This document shows positions 50,401-62,928 of a DNA stretch of 64,000 nucleotides, in pieces. Numbering within the stretch: the first letter of the stretch is position 1; every line of letters starts with the position of its first letter. The notes under the pieces are model-generated. The model ran no database searches. It saw only the letters and a program-made list of their open reading frames with translations, and was not told the origin of the DNA. The DNA comes from Sphyrna mokarran. Taxonomy: Eukaryota. Position numbers and translations under genes: made by a program. The stretch lies in assembly GCA_024679065.1 (NCBI GenBank), contig JAGIQG010000013.1:35092001-35156000 (forward strand). The letters are read 5' to 3'.

Positions 50401-53400
50401 GAGGCATTTCTGCATCCTCCTCACAACTTACCCTCCCATCCAGTTTTGATTCATCTGCAAATTTGGACTTATTACATTTAGTTCTCTGATCTAAATCATT
50501 AAATCACTGAGCGTAGCTCGGGTCCTAGCACCTACAATATCCATCATACACTGCCTATCACTCACAAAAAGACCAATGTATGCCTTCCAACTGTCTGCCA
50601 ACCAGTTTGCTATCAATACTCTACCCCAATTAATTTTACACACTAGGGACTAATGTAGGACCTTGTCGCAAGCCTTCTGAAAGTCCAAATAAACATATCC
50701 AATGGTGCCTCCTCATCAACTCTACTAGTTACATCCTCAAACAATTCCAGTAAATTTGTGAAGTACGGTTTCCCTTTCACAAAACCATACTGTCTGATCT
50801 TTTCCGTTTCCCAAGTGTTCTGCTGTTAAATCTTTTAGAATGGACCATAGCATTTTCCCCACTGCCAATGTCAGGTTGATTAGCCTGTTACTGAAATTGC
50901 TGCAACTGGCATCACCTCTTACCAGTTTTTGAGATCCAGTCTTCTGGCTTTTTCTGTTCTTCTTTCTCCCTCTTGCACTGCTGTGCTAAGATGAGTGCAA
51001 TCATCGTTAGAGTTTTCCCCAAACCCATGTCATCCGCTAAAAAAAAGGGCATATAGTGTCAATATTTTAAATTTATTATTCTTCCTAGTTATTATTGCGT
51101 TATTAAAGACAGACAAGCATTCAACTCAGCGATGGTACAAACAGTTTCATTTGGTGCAAGAATGACTATCACTTTGCCTCCTTCCTGATTAACAGGTCAC
51201 ATAACAATTACCAGCTACTTTTCTCTTATTTGTTGTGGGCTCTGTAGTATAATGGTGAGCACTCTAGCCTCTGAATCCAGCAATCGAGTTCAAATCTTGG
51301 CAGAGCCTTGACTTTCTTTGGGATTGTGGTCAGTGCAGACTCGATGGGCTGAATGGCCTCCTTTAGCACTGTAGGAATTCTACAAATTTCTTCTATTTCA
51401 ATTCCAATTAAATGCTCTGCTTAGCAATACATTGCTATGTGATTTTTCTCATCCAAAGTAATTATGGGATTTGACATTCCATCCCACGTAGTTCTGCAGA
51501 TATTAAGCTTGTACCATGTACCGTTGCTGATGTAAATTAAACATTTTGATCTTATTGTTTTCCTATGACAGGTCAACTTTAGAACCCTCCTAAAGATTAT
51601 CTTTCTCACCTAGTATGCCGCCTGATGGTTTTTGCTTCTCCCGCCATAGTAACCAGGCCAATGCTTGTTTCTGATGAACCAGCAGTGGGACCTATAAAAA
51701 TTAATGTTTTTTCCTTAAAAATTTTCAATATTTTATGCATCAGGTATCTTTTTCAGCTTTGTCAAACAAATAAGGAAATGAAACAAAGCACAATCCACAG
51801 TAACCAGACTAAACTATCACAACCATGGGAACTTATTTTGTCTCCTTTTCACAAACAGTACAAGGAATAAAATATGATATGACTGTAACAATTTAACAAT
51901 CATTGATGAAATTAATTTAAATCAATTTGCTAAGCAGCTTTAGTCACAAAAGCTTCACAATTTAGTTTGCTTAGGCAGGCATGATACGTTTACTACAGAG
52001 TCTGGAGATAGCTGACAACCAACAGGTTGGTGTGATAAATATATCTGGGAATTCCAAACATTTGTCAAAGATGGGAGTTTAATTTTATTTATATTATGGT
52101 ACAAGTATAATTTAGGTTGCAACAAGGTATCTAGAATGTTGATGATGGTGGTTAGCTATAATAGCTAGCATACTGAGGTATTTATAAAGTGAATCAGGTT
52201 TGAAATAAAAGTAATTTAGTCCATCTCATCAGGAGGTTACAAGGCTACATTCTCAGGTTTGAGTTCAGAGGGAAGGGAGGGTGCTTAGAAGGACATGCAA
52301 TACAGATGTCAGGAGCAATCACATTTATAGGAAATGGGATGGGGCAGTGGGATGGGAAATGAAAACATTCTGGATGGTTATTTTAATTTTACATCTAGCA
52401 TTGTTTTGCCGATCTACCACAAGTTGTCTAAAAGAGACCAAATCAATTTTGCCTTTCTAAAGTTGAGGGGAAAAAAAAAAAATCAGTCTTAGGCAGTAAG
52501 TCAGAGATCTGCCCGTCCAGGCAGTCATCGAGGCAAAAAGATTCCAGACTGAGGTACAAAATGTACAGCATGAAAAAATATTAAGCAATTGCTACCATGT
52601 GTCATAACTTGGAATTTTCCAGCCACAAATTTGCTTGGTTATAGATAAACAACACTAAATGTATTTAGAACAGAAAGTTGCTTGAGGTTTCCCTGCCGAG
52701 GCCAGTACTCAGCTGGCCATTCACAGGCCGACTATAGGTGATTTGAATGTGGAATTGTACGTGTATTTGCAGATTCTAAACAATGATGAATTTGTTAGCA
52801 ATATCTGGCCAGTCAAAATGACATTTAGCATCTTCCCGCAGACACAGAAACAAATGCTTTAAATCAAAAGAAATACACCACAAGAAGTCTCAGGTAGCAA
52901 GTATGCACTGTCTCCTGGTCAGGGTAGTTTTTACATTAGAGAGTTATTATAGTGTGCTAGTGTATGTGTTCTTGATTTATGCAGTATTATTGGAATACTA
53001 GTTGCATTAACAGTCACAAGGCAAAATGAAGGCTTAATTTAACATGCAAAACATTAACTTATCAAAACTAATAATGAGCCCAAGCTGAACATACAGTAAT
53101 CTAATGCAACTAACAAAGAAATCTGCCTATTACACTTGCTGGCAGATTGAAGTGGCAATCCACTACCAGAAAGAGCAATAAGCAACCTGACCACTTAACA
53201 TAATCGAACATGAGCTTAGAGATGTGACTTTATTGGACTCCTCCGGAAGGCCGCTGCCCCTGACTGGACATGTATGCCCAAGCCATCAGGAGGTGCGTGA
53301 ACACCAGATTTATCAACCACACTTACAAGACAGTCCCGAACATCACCCAAGTACAACGCAAGGCCATCCGTGCTCTCAAGACCAGCCGCAACATTGTCAT

Positions 53401-56400
53401 CAAACCAGCAGACAAAGGAGGCGCCACCGTCATACTGAACAGAACGGACTACTGTGAAGAAGTGTACCGACAACTAAACAATGAGAAACACTACAGACAG
53501 TTACCAGCAGATCCGACCAAAGAACACACTCGTCAACTCAACACTCTGATCGAAACCCTTGATCCGGACCTTCAGAACACCCTCCGGGCTCTCATTCCAC
53601 GTACTCCCCGCATTGGAGATCTCTACTGCCTCCCAAAAATACACAAGGCAAACATACCCGGCCGTCCCATCGTATCGGGCAATGGGACCCTGTGTGAGAA
53701 CCTCTCCGGCTATATTGAGGGCATCCTGAAACCCATTGTACAAAGAACCCCCAGCTTTTGTCTTGACACTACGGACTTCCTGCAGAAACTCAGCACACAT
53801 GGAGCAGTAGAAACAGGGACACTCCTTGTCACAATGGATGTCTCGGCGCTCTACACCAACATCCCCCACGACGATGGTATTGCTGCAACTGCCTCAGTAC
53901 TCAGTGCCAACAACTGCCAGTTTCCAGATGCAATTTTACAACTCGTCCGCTTCATCTTGGACCACAATGTCTTCACCTTCAACAATCAGCTTTTCATCCA
54001 GACACACGGAACAGCCATGGGGACCAAATTCGCACCTCAGTATGCCAACATCTTCATGCACAGGTTCGAACAAGACTTCTTCACCACACAAGATCTCCAA
54101 CCAAGGTTATATACTAGATACATTGATGACATCTTTTTCCTTTGGACTCATGGTGAACAATCATTGAAAAAACTGTATGATGATATCAACAAGTTCCATC
54201 CCACCATCAGACTCACCATGGACTATTCTCCAGAATCAGTTGCATTCTTGGACACACGCATCTCCATCAAGGACGGTCACCTCAGCACCTCACTGTACCG
54301 CAAAACGACAGACAACCTCACAATGCTCCACTTCTCCAGCTTCCACCCTAGACACGTTAAAGAAGCCATTCCCTATGGACAAGCCCTCCGTATACACAGA
54401 ATTTGCTCAGATGAGGAGGATCGTGACAGACACCTCCAGACACTGAAGGATGCACTCGTGAGAACAGGATATGGCGCTCGACTCATCGATCGACAGTTCC
54501 AACGTGCCACAACGATAAACCGCACTGATCTCCTCAGAAGACGAACACGGGACACGGTGGACAGAGTACCCTTTGTTGTCCAGTACTTCCCCGGAGCGGA
54601 GAAGCTACGACATCTTCTCCGGAGTCTTCAACATATCATTGATGACGATGAACATCTCGCTAGGGCCATCCCCACCCCCCCACTTCTTGCTTTCAGACAA
54701 CCGCACAACCTCAAACAGATCATTGTTCGCAGCAAACTACCCAACCTTCAGGAGAACAGTGACCACAATACCACACAACCCTGCCACAGCAACCTCTGCA
54801 AGACATGCCGGATCATAGACATGGACGACATCATCAAACGTGAGGATACCATTCACCAGGTACACGGTACATACTCTTGCAACTCGGCCAACGTTGTCTA
54901 CCTAATACGTTGCAAGAAAGGATGTCCCGAAGCATGGTACATTGGGGAGACCATGCAGACACTACGACAGCGGATGAATGAGCATCGCTCAACAATCACC
55001 AGGCAAAACAGTTCCCTTCCTGTGGGCGAACACTTCAGCAGTCATGGGCATTCGGCCTCCGACCTGCGGGTAAATGTTCTTCAAGGGGGCTTTCGTGATA
55101 CACGACAGCGCAGAGTCGCTGAACAGAGACTGATAGCCAAGCTCCGCACACATGAGGACGGTCTTAACAGGGATCTTGGCTTCATGACACACTATCTGTA
55201 ACCCCCGTAACTTGCCTGGGTTAGCAAAAAACCTCACTTACTGTGCTGTCTGGAGAAAATACACAATTCTCTAACCAATGCTCAGGATTCCCTTCACACA
55301 CATTGTTAGCCACTTAAACACTTGAATAGCAGGTTAGATGTAAGGATTCGCATTCTAATCAGCAATCTCTGACTGTCTGTGCTGATGTGTGCTATTGCAG
55401 ACCAGAACACTGCACTTGCCTGAGGAAGACACGGGAGTGTTGAAAGCTCGCTTTTTTACTATCAAATAAATCGGTTGGATTAATAATTGGTGTTGCTAAA
55501 TTCTTACTGAGTTCTTACCACCCCAATCCAACGCCGGCATCTTTACATCATGACTTTATTTTACACCAGAGGCAAGTTACATAATTGTTATTTGAGGGGT
55601 TAAGGCCGTAAGGAAATTAATGCATCTCCCTGCAAAATTATATTCTGTTCATTTATATAGGCCACAAAGAATAAAATAGTTTGCTAGTTTACTTACAGGC
55701 AGAGGGGGGCTTGGCTTACTGTTAGTAATAAAGATGATCTCTAGATTGCAGAGGACAGAATGCCAATTTATGGATATGACTAGTGATGTGAAGACTAGGA
55801 GAAAATCTGCTGCAGGTCTATGAATTTGTAAAACTGTCACTTTATAATCAATACTTCAAAATATTCCTTTTCTGAAATTTCTGTTCAATCAAAAACAATG
55901 GATTAAATTTAAATTCAATTTGACTGCGATGGGGACTGACAGCATCATGCTCTGAGAAACTTTACTTGACTTCCTAATGTCCTTTACAAAAATTGCAAGA
56001 TTAAACAGTTTGGCCTTATATGTACTGGAGTTTAGAAAGACAAAAGAGGATCTGATTGAGGCATATAAAATTTTTGAAAAGGATTCATAGAATCCAAATA
56101 ATTCATAAAATCTCTACAGATGGGCCCATCGAATCTGTACCAACAACAATCACACACAGGCTCCTATCCCTGAAAACCTACATATTTGCCCTGCTAAAAC
56201 CTTTAACACACTCATCCCAGGACACTAAGGGGCAATTTGGATAATCATGCTAACCTTTACATCTTTGGACTGTGGGAGGAAACCGGAGCACCCGGAGGAA
56301 ATCCATGCATACATGGGGAGAATGTGTAAACTCCACACAGGCAATGACCCAAGCCAGGAATTGAACCCAGGTCCCTGGAGCTGTGAGGCAGCAGTGCTAA

Positions 56401-59400
56401 CCACTGTGCCAACATACCACCTCTAGTAAAATGTAGGTCAAATATTTCTTCTTATGGACAATCTCAAAAAGAGGTCACAGGTATAGGTTAAGACGTTGTA
56501 GATTTAAAACTGTGATGAGCAAGAACTACTTCTCGCAAACGGTAGTGAATTTGAGGAATTTACTGCCCCTCATGGATGGAGCCTGAATTGTTGAATGATT
56601 TCAGGAAGGAGACAGATATATTTCTGATTAAAGAGGATTAAGAGGATTTGGGGAGCAGGTGGGGAGGTGGATTTGAGGCCTAGGATACATTAGACAGGAT
56701 CTGATTGAATGGTGGAGCAAGCTGGAAAGCTGAATTTGTCTATTTCTGCTCCTAATTCCTATGATGTTTGGTTAAATTAAGTCAATATTACACTGTAATT
56801 ACTCAAAACAGGCTTAATAAAGAAAGAACAACTACAGCTCTTGGTTTATTACCACACAAAAAAAACTTTGCATAATGAGTATTGTAATTCTTGGATCAAA
56901 TGAATGCATGTCATTGGTTGAGAATTTCTCATTAAAGAGTTCTACTGTGCCTCAAAATAGAATCATGAGTTGAAATAGTTACAATCGCTTTTGTTAAATT
57001 CATTCTACAGGAAATTAAGTACAAAAGAGATGCCAATTTACTTCAATCAATACATTAATGGTGGATTTTTTTCAATAGGATCCCCCATTCCAGATTTTCT
57101 ATCTCACCTTAAATTCCAAATGCAAACAGATGGAATTTACTGAGCCTCCGAATTAAGTACAGAAAATCACCTGCGGCACAGATTGAGGTTTTATAATAGT
57201 ATGGGGTTGATAAATAGTAATTATTTTTCAGTGACATCTTGTTGTTGAATACAATAGACAGCACCAGTCTTACAAAGAAAATTATTAAAACTATTTCCTT
57301 TGGAAGACTTCTACCAAGTGAATCATTTCAGACATCTGAAAATATTTTATAGCTCAATCTACGATATTTAATATTTCAAAGCCTACAGAAGAATTCTACA
57401 GGAATTGGAGGTGACATACTCTATGTAACCAGAATTTGTCACTTCATTTATTACCTTACTGTTGGTACAACAAACAAAATATTTTAGAAACAAAGCCTTG
57501 TTGTGTATGACTGGAACCAGTTGTAACATAATTATTTAACATAACCCTCTTTATCTACAAGGTGGGCTTATGCAGACAAGTATTAATTGGGGATGCTGGA
57601 ATATCTACACAAGATACAGAAAAAATATGAATTCCTGCTAAGCAATAACTAACCTCATACCGACCGTGTCAAACAGCTGTAACAGGATGGCAACCAATAA
57701 AATACAAAAAACAGTACCCTGCTCTTGTTCACCTCTGCTGAAGAGCACAAACGTGGAAAATTATATAGAACAATATCATCTCATTTACAATTACCTTGAG
57801 ATATGGTGGGTCTTTAGCCTCATCAGATATGCTTGGGCAAGACTCCAGTGATTTGTGGAGTTGCTCAATAGCCTCACTGGTGATGTTCTTGACAGCGAGG
57901 AGTCGGTCTTCTGTCATCCGTCCTCCATACAGGCCCTGCCGATGATAGCTTGCTGAAATTGTGGGAAATAATTAATTCGCAATGTGGAAAAAAGAGATTT
58001 GCATTCCTACTAGATTAAAGGAATCAAGAATGGGCAAAAACATTACACATCCTGTACTTGCAAACAAAAATCACATTTGAAATTTTGAAATTCCAAAATT
58101 CCTATGTTGTTACCTATTCACCTCTCCAAAATGTATTCCTCTTATATTTCTAATAGACAGCCAATTTATCTGCATCACATCTAACCTCATTTTATACTGT
58201 AATAGCAAAATGCAAAAAAGCTTGACCACCTTTCCAAGCAAATACAACTCTTGCAGAGGACAAGATAGAGCCGTGCAATAAACTGGTCAAACTTATCCCA
58301 ACTATAGCAGGTAGAACAAAGGAAAGTACATCTAACTAGCATACAAACGTTTCTGAATTTCAGTAGTAGTGCAATGCCTACATATAAAATACATATCCTG
58401 ACTAGCAGATTGCATTAAATAGCATGCCTCTTTGGTTGTTTACAATAGGCAAAGTACAGACCATGCTTAAGCAACCCCCCACTTACAAAACTCAGAAAAT
58501 AATTTCTAATATGAGATGTGATTCCACAATTGAACAGCACTTGCTAAACAATTCCGAATATGTTAAGGATTACGCTATCAATTTAAGATCATCACTTGGG
58601 CTCTCAATGTGTCAATATATTGCTAGAAACAATATACATGAAAGGCATATCCCCTGCAAGTAAAAGTAACATGCCCCAGGCACTGCACTTTTTTTCAATT
58701 AAACAAAAGCATTGTGGAATAGTAGTTCCCCCCGTGCATTTTAATGGCAATGCCCAGACCACAACCACTTTAAAACCGATCAGCTTCCTATTCTCAATCA
58801 GTAAAAATTGTTGCTCTCTAAAATTTGGCATTCTTCTGGCCTGATAAGTTCAAAATGAAAAGCTTCAATAACATCTCTTTTCAGCAATGCTCAAAACTGA
58901 AATTAGAAAACTGAAACCGATTTTCAACATGAACACGCAAGATGGGTCCTAGGGGAAAATCCGATGGGCCAAATGAACAGTTTCTGTGCTCTAACATTAT
59001 GTACTTGTATTTATTTCTTAGAAGAATACTTTCTTTATATTTTACCTTGGTACATCTGGTTACAAAACTGGCTTGACCCCATGGAAGAAACATCATTGAA
59101 ATGTGAACTTGTTGCATCAGATCTGAGATCCTGATGGAGCACAGGATTATTTAATAAGATGGTGCCACTTTTATCAAAGGGATTGATTTGACTGTTCCTT
59201 GTTTCCTCCCCTAGAGAGAAGGACATTATTAATTTAGGATTGTCCTCATAGGTCAATTGTAAATACAGATTAATACCCATCATCAACCCCAATGAACAAG
59301 AACCCATCTTCCACAAAGCAACCAACCTTTAAGATTAGATATACAAATTATACAATTCCATAGCAGAGCATCCTAATGCACCATCACTGTTTGGGAGTAT

Positions 59401-62400
59401 CTAACTTATTGCTACTCAAGGAGTATAAATTTTTAAGTTTGCATAGTCAATGCAAATTGAGGCTGGTTGAAAAAGCATGATAAGAAGTCTCACAACACCA
59501 GGTTAAAGTCCAACAGGTTTATTTGGTAGCAAAAGCAACTAGCTTTCGGAGCACTTGCTGCTCCTTTGTCAGGTGAGTGGAGTTCTGTTCACAACAGGCA
59601 TATAAAGGCAAATTCAATTTACAAAATAATGGTTAGAATGCGAGTCTTCATAGGTAATGAAGTCTTAAAGGTACAGACAATGTGAGTGGACAGAGCATTA
59701 AGCAAGGTTAAAGAGACATGTGTTGTCTCCAGACAGGACAGTTAGTGAGATTTTGCAAGCCCAGGCAAGTTTTGGGGGTTACAGATAGTGTGACATGAAC
59801 CCAAAATCCTGGTTGAGGCCATCCTCATGTGTGCGGAATGCAGTCACGGGCATGCAGCGTCTGATCTTCGGGTAAGCACTCTCCAAAGCAGCCTTCACAA
59901 CACACGACAGTGCAGAGTTGCTAAGCAGAGACTGATACCCAAGCTCCACACACGAGGGTGGCTGTACCCGATATCCTGGGTTCATGTCATACTATCTGTA
60001 ACTCCCATAACTTGCCTGGGCTTGCAAAATTTCACTAACCGTCCTTCTAGAGCCAATACACATCTCTTCAATCTGAGTTTGATGTGCTCTCCACTCACAT
60101 TGTCTGTACCTTTAAGATTTGATTACCTGTAAAGACTCACATTCTAACCATTATTTTGTAAATTAAGTGTGCATCTTTATATGCTCTGTTTGTGAGCAGA
60201 ACTCCCACTCACCTGACAAAGAAGCAGCAAGTGCTCCAAAAGCTAGTGGCTTTTGCTACCAAATAAACCTGTTGGGCTTTAACTTGGTGTTGTGAGACTT
60301 CTTACTATATTTACCCCAGTCCAATGCCAGCATCTCCACATCATGGGAAAGCATGGATAGAGTATACCTAAATTTCCAATTTTCACTGGAGGGAAACACT
60401 TCTTCTGGAGATAGTAGAAATCTAGAACACTAATCTTCAAAAAGCTGTTGAGTCTAGGTCAGCTATAAATTTCAAACTGAGATAGATAGGTTTTCATGAT
60501 GCATGATTTTAAGGGTTATAAAAGCAAAGTGGGAAAATGGAGATTCAGATCAACTATAATCAAACAGATTGGCAGGCCACACTCAATGGACTGAATGGCC
60601 TGTTCTTGTTCTGAAGATTCAACGAGTAAGGTTCCTTCTGGCAGCATAGGCTCATGCAATCAGATTTAAATCAACACAGCATCAAACACTCCTATAACTT
60701 TAACAATATTCTGCTCATCCATGCAAGAGAATGCTTCATTAATTTTAATAAGCTCAGTACAGTACCTTTCTCAGCGTCATCTGTAGTAGATAGACATAAT
60801 GCATTGAGAGCATCCTCCAGGTTTCTGACTTCATTTATTAACCTCTGACCTTTGTCAGGAAGGACAGCAACATTTATTGTTCTCAGAGTATTCTGTAAAA
60901 TGAAACATTTACACTTCTCATTTTTCTTCTAGAAATTAAAGATTGTTTTTTCCCTGTTGACCCATCATGGATGTAGGAAATTATTATTAAATAAACAGCC
61001 GTGTTACGATATTCACAGTGTAATAGATTGATATCTAAACAGCGTAAAGAATGATTCTTATTTAAAGCACAGATAGAAATTAATAGCAGTTTACCAATTG
61101 GTTTTGTCATTCTGAAGACACTATTTACTTGTTACAACTTTAATAATTCTGTGAATCATTGTTGATAATTCCCAGTACAGCCATTCTACAAATACATGCA
61201 AATAGAATTAACAGAAACGTAACTTCTCCAAATTGGTTCAAATGATTTAAGATTCACATAATTATCCAGAGAAACTATCTGCAAAATCCATTCCATTGAC
61301 TAGATCCGTTTATAGAAAACAAGTACGGATTCAGAACAACTTAGTTTGAAAACACTCAGTTTTTAAACAACTTACATTAACCAGTTCCTGTTTCATCACA
61401 ATTACATGCTAGCTTTCTTTAGGGTTAGTAGCATCTTTCTACACTTGTGGGTTCCTACACTAACTGATCAACGTTACAGATATAACTTAAATGGGACCCC
61501 TCTTAGTATTTTCCCAAAATATCTCTCACCAAGGTTTCAGCTTCACCTTGGAAACCCACCATCTCCACTATCTAGAAAAACAAGGACATTAGATGTCTTA
61601 AATCACTGCCACTTTCAAGTCCCACTTCATCTAGACTTGGAGATAAATTGCTGTTCCTTCGTGGTCTCTGACTCCAAATGTTGCAATTCCCTACCTGACA
61701 ATTTCTTCACATAGACTGAGGCTATTCATAAAGGCCCACCATCACTTTTTCAAAGGCAACTAGGTAAGGCAATAGATGTTAACTTTGCCAATAGTACCCA
61801 TCATCCCAAAGGATAGAAATAGAATGCCACCGCCTTTTTTTTTACCTTTGTCCGTTTAAGTTGAGCCGTCAGCTGGTTGTGCAGTGCCACAGTTTTCTTG
61901 GTTTCAGTGGGTGCTGATGTGTATTCAAATCCAGGAAACATTGTGATTGTTCTCTGACCATTACTTATGTTTGTTTTTTTGGCAACATCTGTCTGCTTGG
62001 TATCTGCTGACTGACTACCAATGGTACTTTGCTCTAATTTGCTACAGTTATTTTTTGCTTCAATGCAAACAGGTGCCTTTCCATGTGTTTGTCCATATGC
62101 TTTAATCTCTTTATTTGCTTTCCTTTTTGAATCAGGGTTCTGTGTTGAAATAACTGGACAATCTTCAGTTGCAGTATATTGAGTGGTTTGTTGTGTCTGA
62201 CCTGAGCAGCTTTCCTGAGCATCTTTTAGTTCAGTTTGATGGCGGATCTTGGTTATGCAGCACTTCTGAGTGCTACTTGACTTTTTATTTTCACGATTAC
62301 ATTCACTTTTAGTGCTTGCTGATTGTCTGTCCCTCCATTGTTCACTTTTCGAATGCACGCTGCTGGTTGTTATAATGTTCCCATGATGTGATGAATGCTT

Positions 62401-62928
62401 AGATAAGTCTTCCTGAACATGCTTCTTCTCAGATTCTAACTGAACTGTATCCCTCTCTGTATGTGAGCATGGCTTTGACAGTGTTTCTTTGTCAGTTGCC
62501 AAGAGGCTAAGTGGTTTGAAATTGTGACCCTTCTTTTTGTTCAAGTCAGTTCTTTCTGTTCCAGCATCGCACGACAGCTGATGAATTACTTCTCTGCGAG
62601 TTCCTTCAGAATCCATAGCAACTAGCTTTTCAACCTCACCAGATGACTTTTCCTCGACTTTGAACCCATCAGGAACCTTTATCACCATCTGTTTATCTGT
62701 TACTGGTAAACCATTCGACTTTAAGCTTTCTTCTTCATTCTCATTATGCTTTTTGTTTCTTTCAGACTCAGCCTCTTGGCTGTTATTGGTGTCAACTTTC
62801 CAGGTGAATAGCTTCCGATTCTCGCTTGGAGCTCGGAAAGGGTTTCGTTCTTGCTTCTTAGTATGGTGGAGCTGTCCTTCAGCATCGTAGGTATCTCTGT
62901 CTTTTGATGACAACTTTGAACTTGATCC
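26278..62928 (-). CDS. TTF2: Transcription termination factor 2 (SNF2-family ATPase), 19 coding exons through the stop; N-terminal exons beyond the right edge
   Basis: Phase-consistent GT-AG exon chain with motifs [75 protein letters not shown] and C-terminus [13 protein letters not shown]. Confidence 0.95.
28770..28844 (-). CDS. TTF2: TTF2 exon (motif VI)
   Basis: [25 protein letters not shown]. Confidence 0.93.
30028..30110 (-). CDS. TTF2: TTF2 exon (motif V)
   Basis: [28 protein letters not shown]. Confidence 0.93.
30720..30873 (-). CDS. TTF2: TTF2 exon (motif IV)
   Basis: [17 protein letters not shown]...[18 protein letters not shown]. Confidence 0.93.
32641..32699 (-). CDS. TTF2: TTF2 exon
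   Basis: [20 protein letters not shown]; phases fit neighbours. Confidence 0.88.
34247..34417 (-). CDS. TTF2: TTF2 exon
   Basis: [25 protein letters not shown]...STK. Confidence 0.9.
34490..34960 (+). mobile_element. Short retroposon: structured module + V core + CR1-type tail, homologous to 43040-43506
   Basis: Colinear similarity with the 3' UTR of the CR1 at 40385-43510; ends gggccgaagggcctgtttcc. Confidence 0.75.
35683..35822 (-). CDS. TTF2: TTF2 exon
   Basis: [25 protein letters not shown]. Confidence 0.9.
36150..37330 (-). mobile_element. Degenerate RTE (BovB-like) LINE 3' part
   Basis: [39 protein letters not shown] remnants. Confidence 0.7.
38155..38243 (-). CDS. TTF2: TTF2 exon
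   Basis: [12 protein letters not shown]...DNPFNR. Confidence 0.88.
40171..40262 (-). CDS. TTF2: TTF2 exon
   Basis: [31 protein letters not shown]. Confidence 0.9.
40385..43510 (+). mobile_element. Young 5'-truncated CR1 LINE, antisense in a TTF2 intron, with a ~480-nt 3' UTR
   Basis: ORF2 pieces 40418-43031 ([41 protein letters not shown]); A-rich end at ~43507. Confidence 0.95.
45488..45641 (-). CDS. TTF2: TTF2 exon
   Basis: [18 protein letters not shown]...[17 protein letters not shown]. Confidence 0.92.
45929..46128 (-). CDS. TTF2: TTF2 exon (DEAH box, motif III)
   Basis: [14 protein letters not shown]...[20 protein letters not shown]. Confidence 0.95.
46535..46640 (-). CDS. TTF2: TTF2 exon
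   Basis: [19 protein letters not shown]. Confidence 0.92.
47350..47500 (-). CDS. TTF2: TTF2 exon (motif Ia)
   Basis: [22 protein letters not shown]...YHGPKRE. Confidence 0.93.
47585..47865 (-). mobile_element. HE1-like V-SINE
   Basis: Head-core-tail on the minus strand. Confidence 0.8.
48555..50890 (-). mobile_element. Old CR1 fragments interrupted by an unrelated insert at ~49460-50390
   Basis: [15 protein letters not shown] (ORF 49036-49227); FADE / DFQKACDKV remnants at 50440-50700. Confidence 0.65.
50923..51036 (-). CDS. TTF2: TTF2 exon (Walker A)
   Basis: [17 protein letters not shown]. Confidence 0.94.
51238..51308 (+). pseudogene. tRNA-Gln(CTG) pseudogene
   Basis: Acceptor stem GGCTCTG/CAGAGCC, D-loop TAATGGT, anticodon loop CTCTGAA, GTTCAAATC; anticodon stem has two mismatches and the T stem lacks a base. 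Confidence 0.8.
51610..51691 (-). CDS. TTF2: TTF2 exon (Q motif)
   Basis: [27 protein letters not shown]. Confidence 0.93.
53225..55560 (+). mobile_element. Penelope-like retroelement, Neptune type (RT + Cys linker + GIY-YIG), 5'-truncated, with pLTR
   Basis: 643-aa ORF 53270-55201: [48 protein letters not shown]...YIGET. TGACTTTATT repeated at 53225-53234 and 55551-55560. Confidence 0.95.
55418..55451 (+). ncRNA. Minimal hammerhead ribozyme motif in Penelope pLTR
   Basis: GC-CTGAGGA-A-GACAC/GGGA/GTGTT-GAAA-GC-TC-GC. Confidence 0.55.
56000..56765. mobile_element. CR1 3' fragment (+) interrupted by an HE1-like SINE (-, ~56110-56410)
   Basis: [13 protein letters not shown] remnant before the SINE; CR1 3' end resumes after it. 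Confidence 0.75.
57795..57952 (-). CDS. TTF2: TTF2 exon
   Basis: [12 protein letters not shown]...[13 protein letters not shown]...DPPYLK. Confidence 0.88.
59046..59210 (-). CDS. TTF2: TTF2 exon (low conservation)
   Basis: ttctctctag acceptor, [13 protein letters not shown]...NQMYQ, GTAAA donor; phase 1 at both ends. Confidence 0.7.
59472..60355. mobile_element. Penelope 3' end with inverted duplication (minus copy ~59480-59836, plus copy ~59840-60345)
   Basis: Both arms encode the EN C-terminus ([17 protein letters not shown]) and pLTR; AAAGCATG repeated at 59472-59479 and 60348-60355. Confidence 0.88.
60766..60892 (-). CDS. TTF2: TTF2 exon
   Basis: [29 protein letters not shown]. Confidence 0.9.
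61846..62928 (-). CDS. TTF2: TTF2 large low-complexity exon (361 codons)
   Basis: ORF 61801-62913 with RNPF near its start and [13 protein letters not shown] before a GTAAAA donor; tttttcag acceptor at 62930-62929. Confidence 0.85.

Noticed and set aside
51238-51308. Functional tRNA-Gln gene
   Set aside because: Broken anticodon stem, deletion in the T arm and fusion to a retroposon tail.
10483-54818. Numerous 60-180 aa ORFs antisense to or overlapping CR1, Penelope and SINE copies, and ORF 32179-32649
   Set aside because: Shadow frames of repeats or intronic sequence, with no domain motifs or splice support.
59527-60250. Hammerhead motifs in both arms of the 59.5-60.3 kb Penelope insertion
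   Set aside because: Core reads CTGACAA rather than CTGANGA in both arms, and the plus copy has also lost GAAA; probably inactive.
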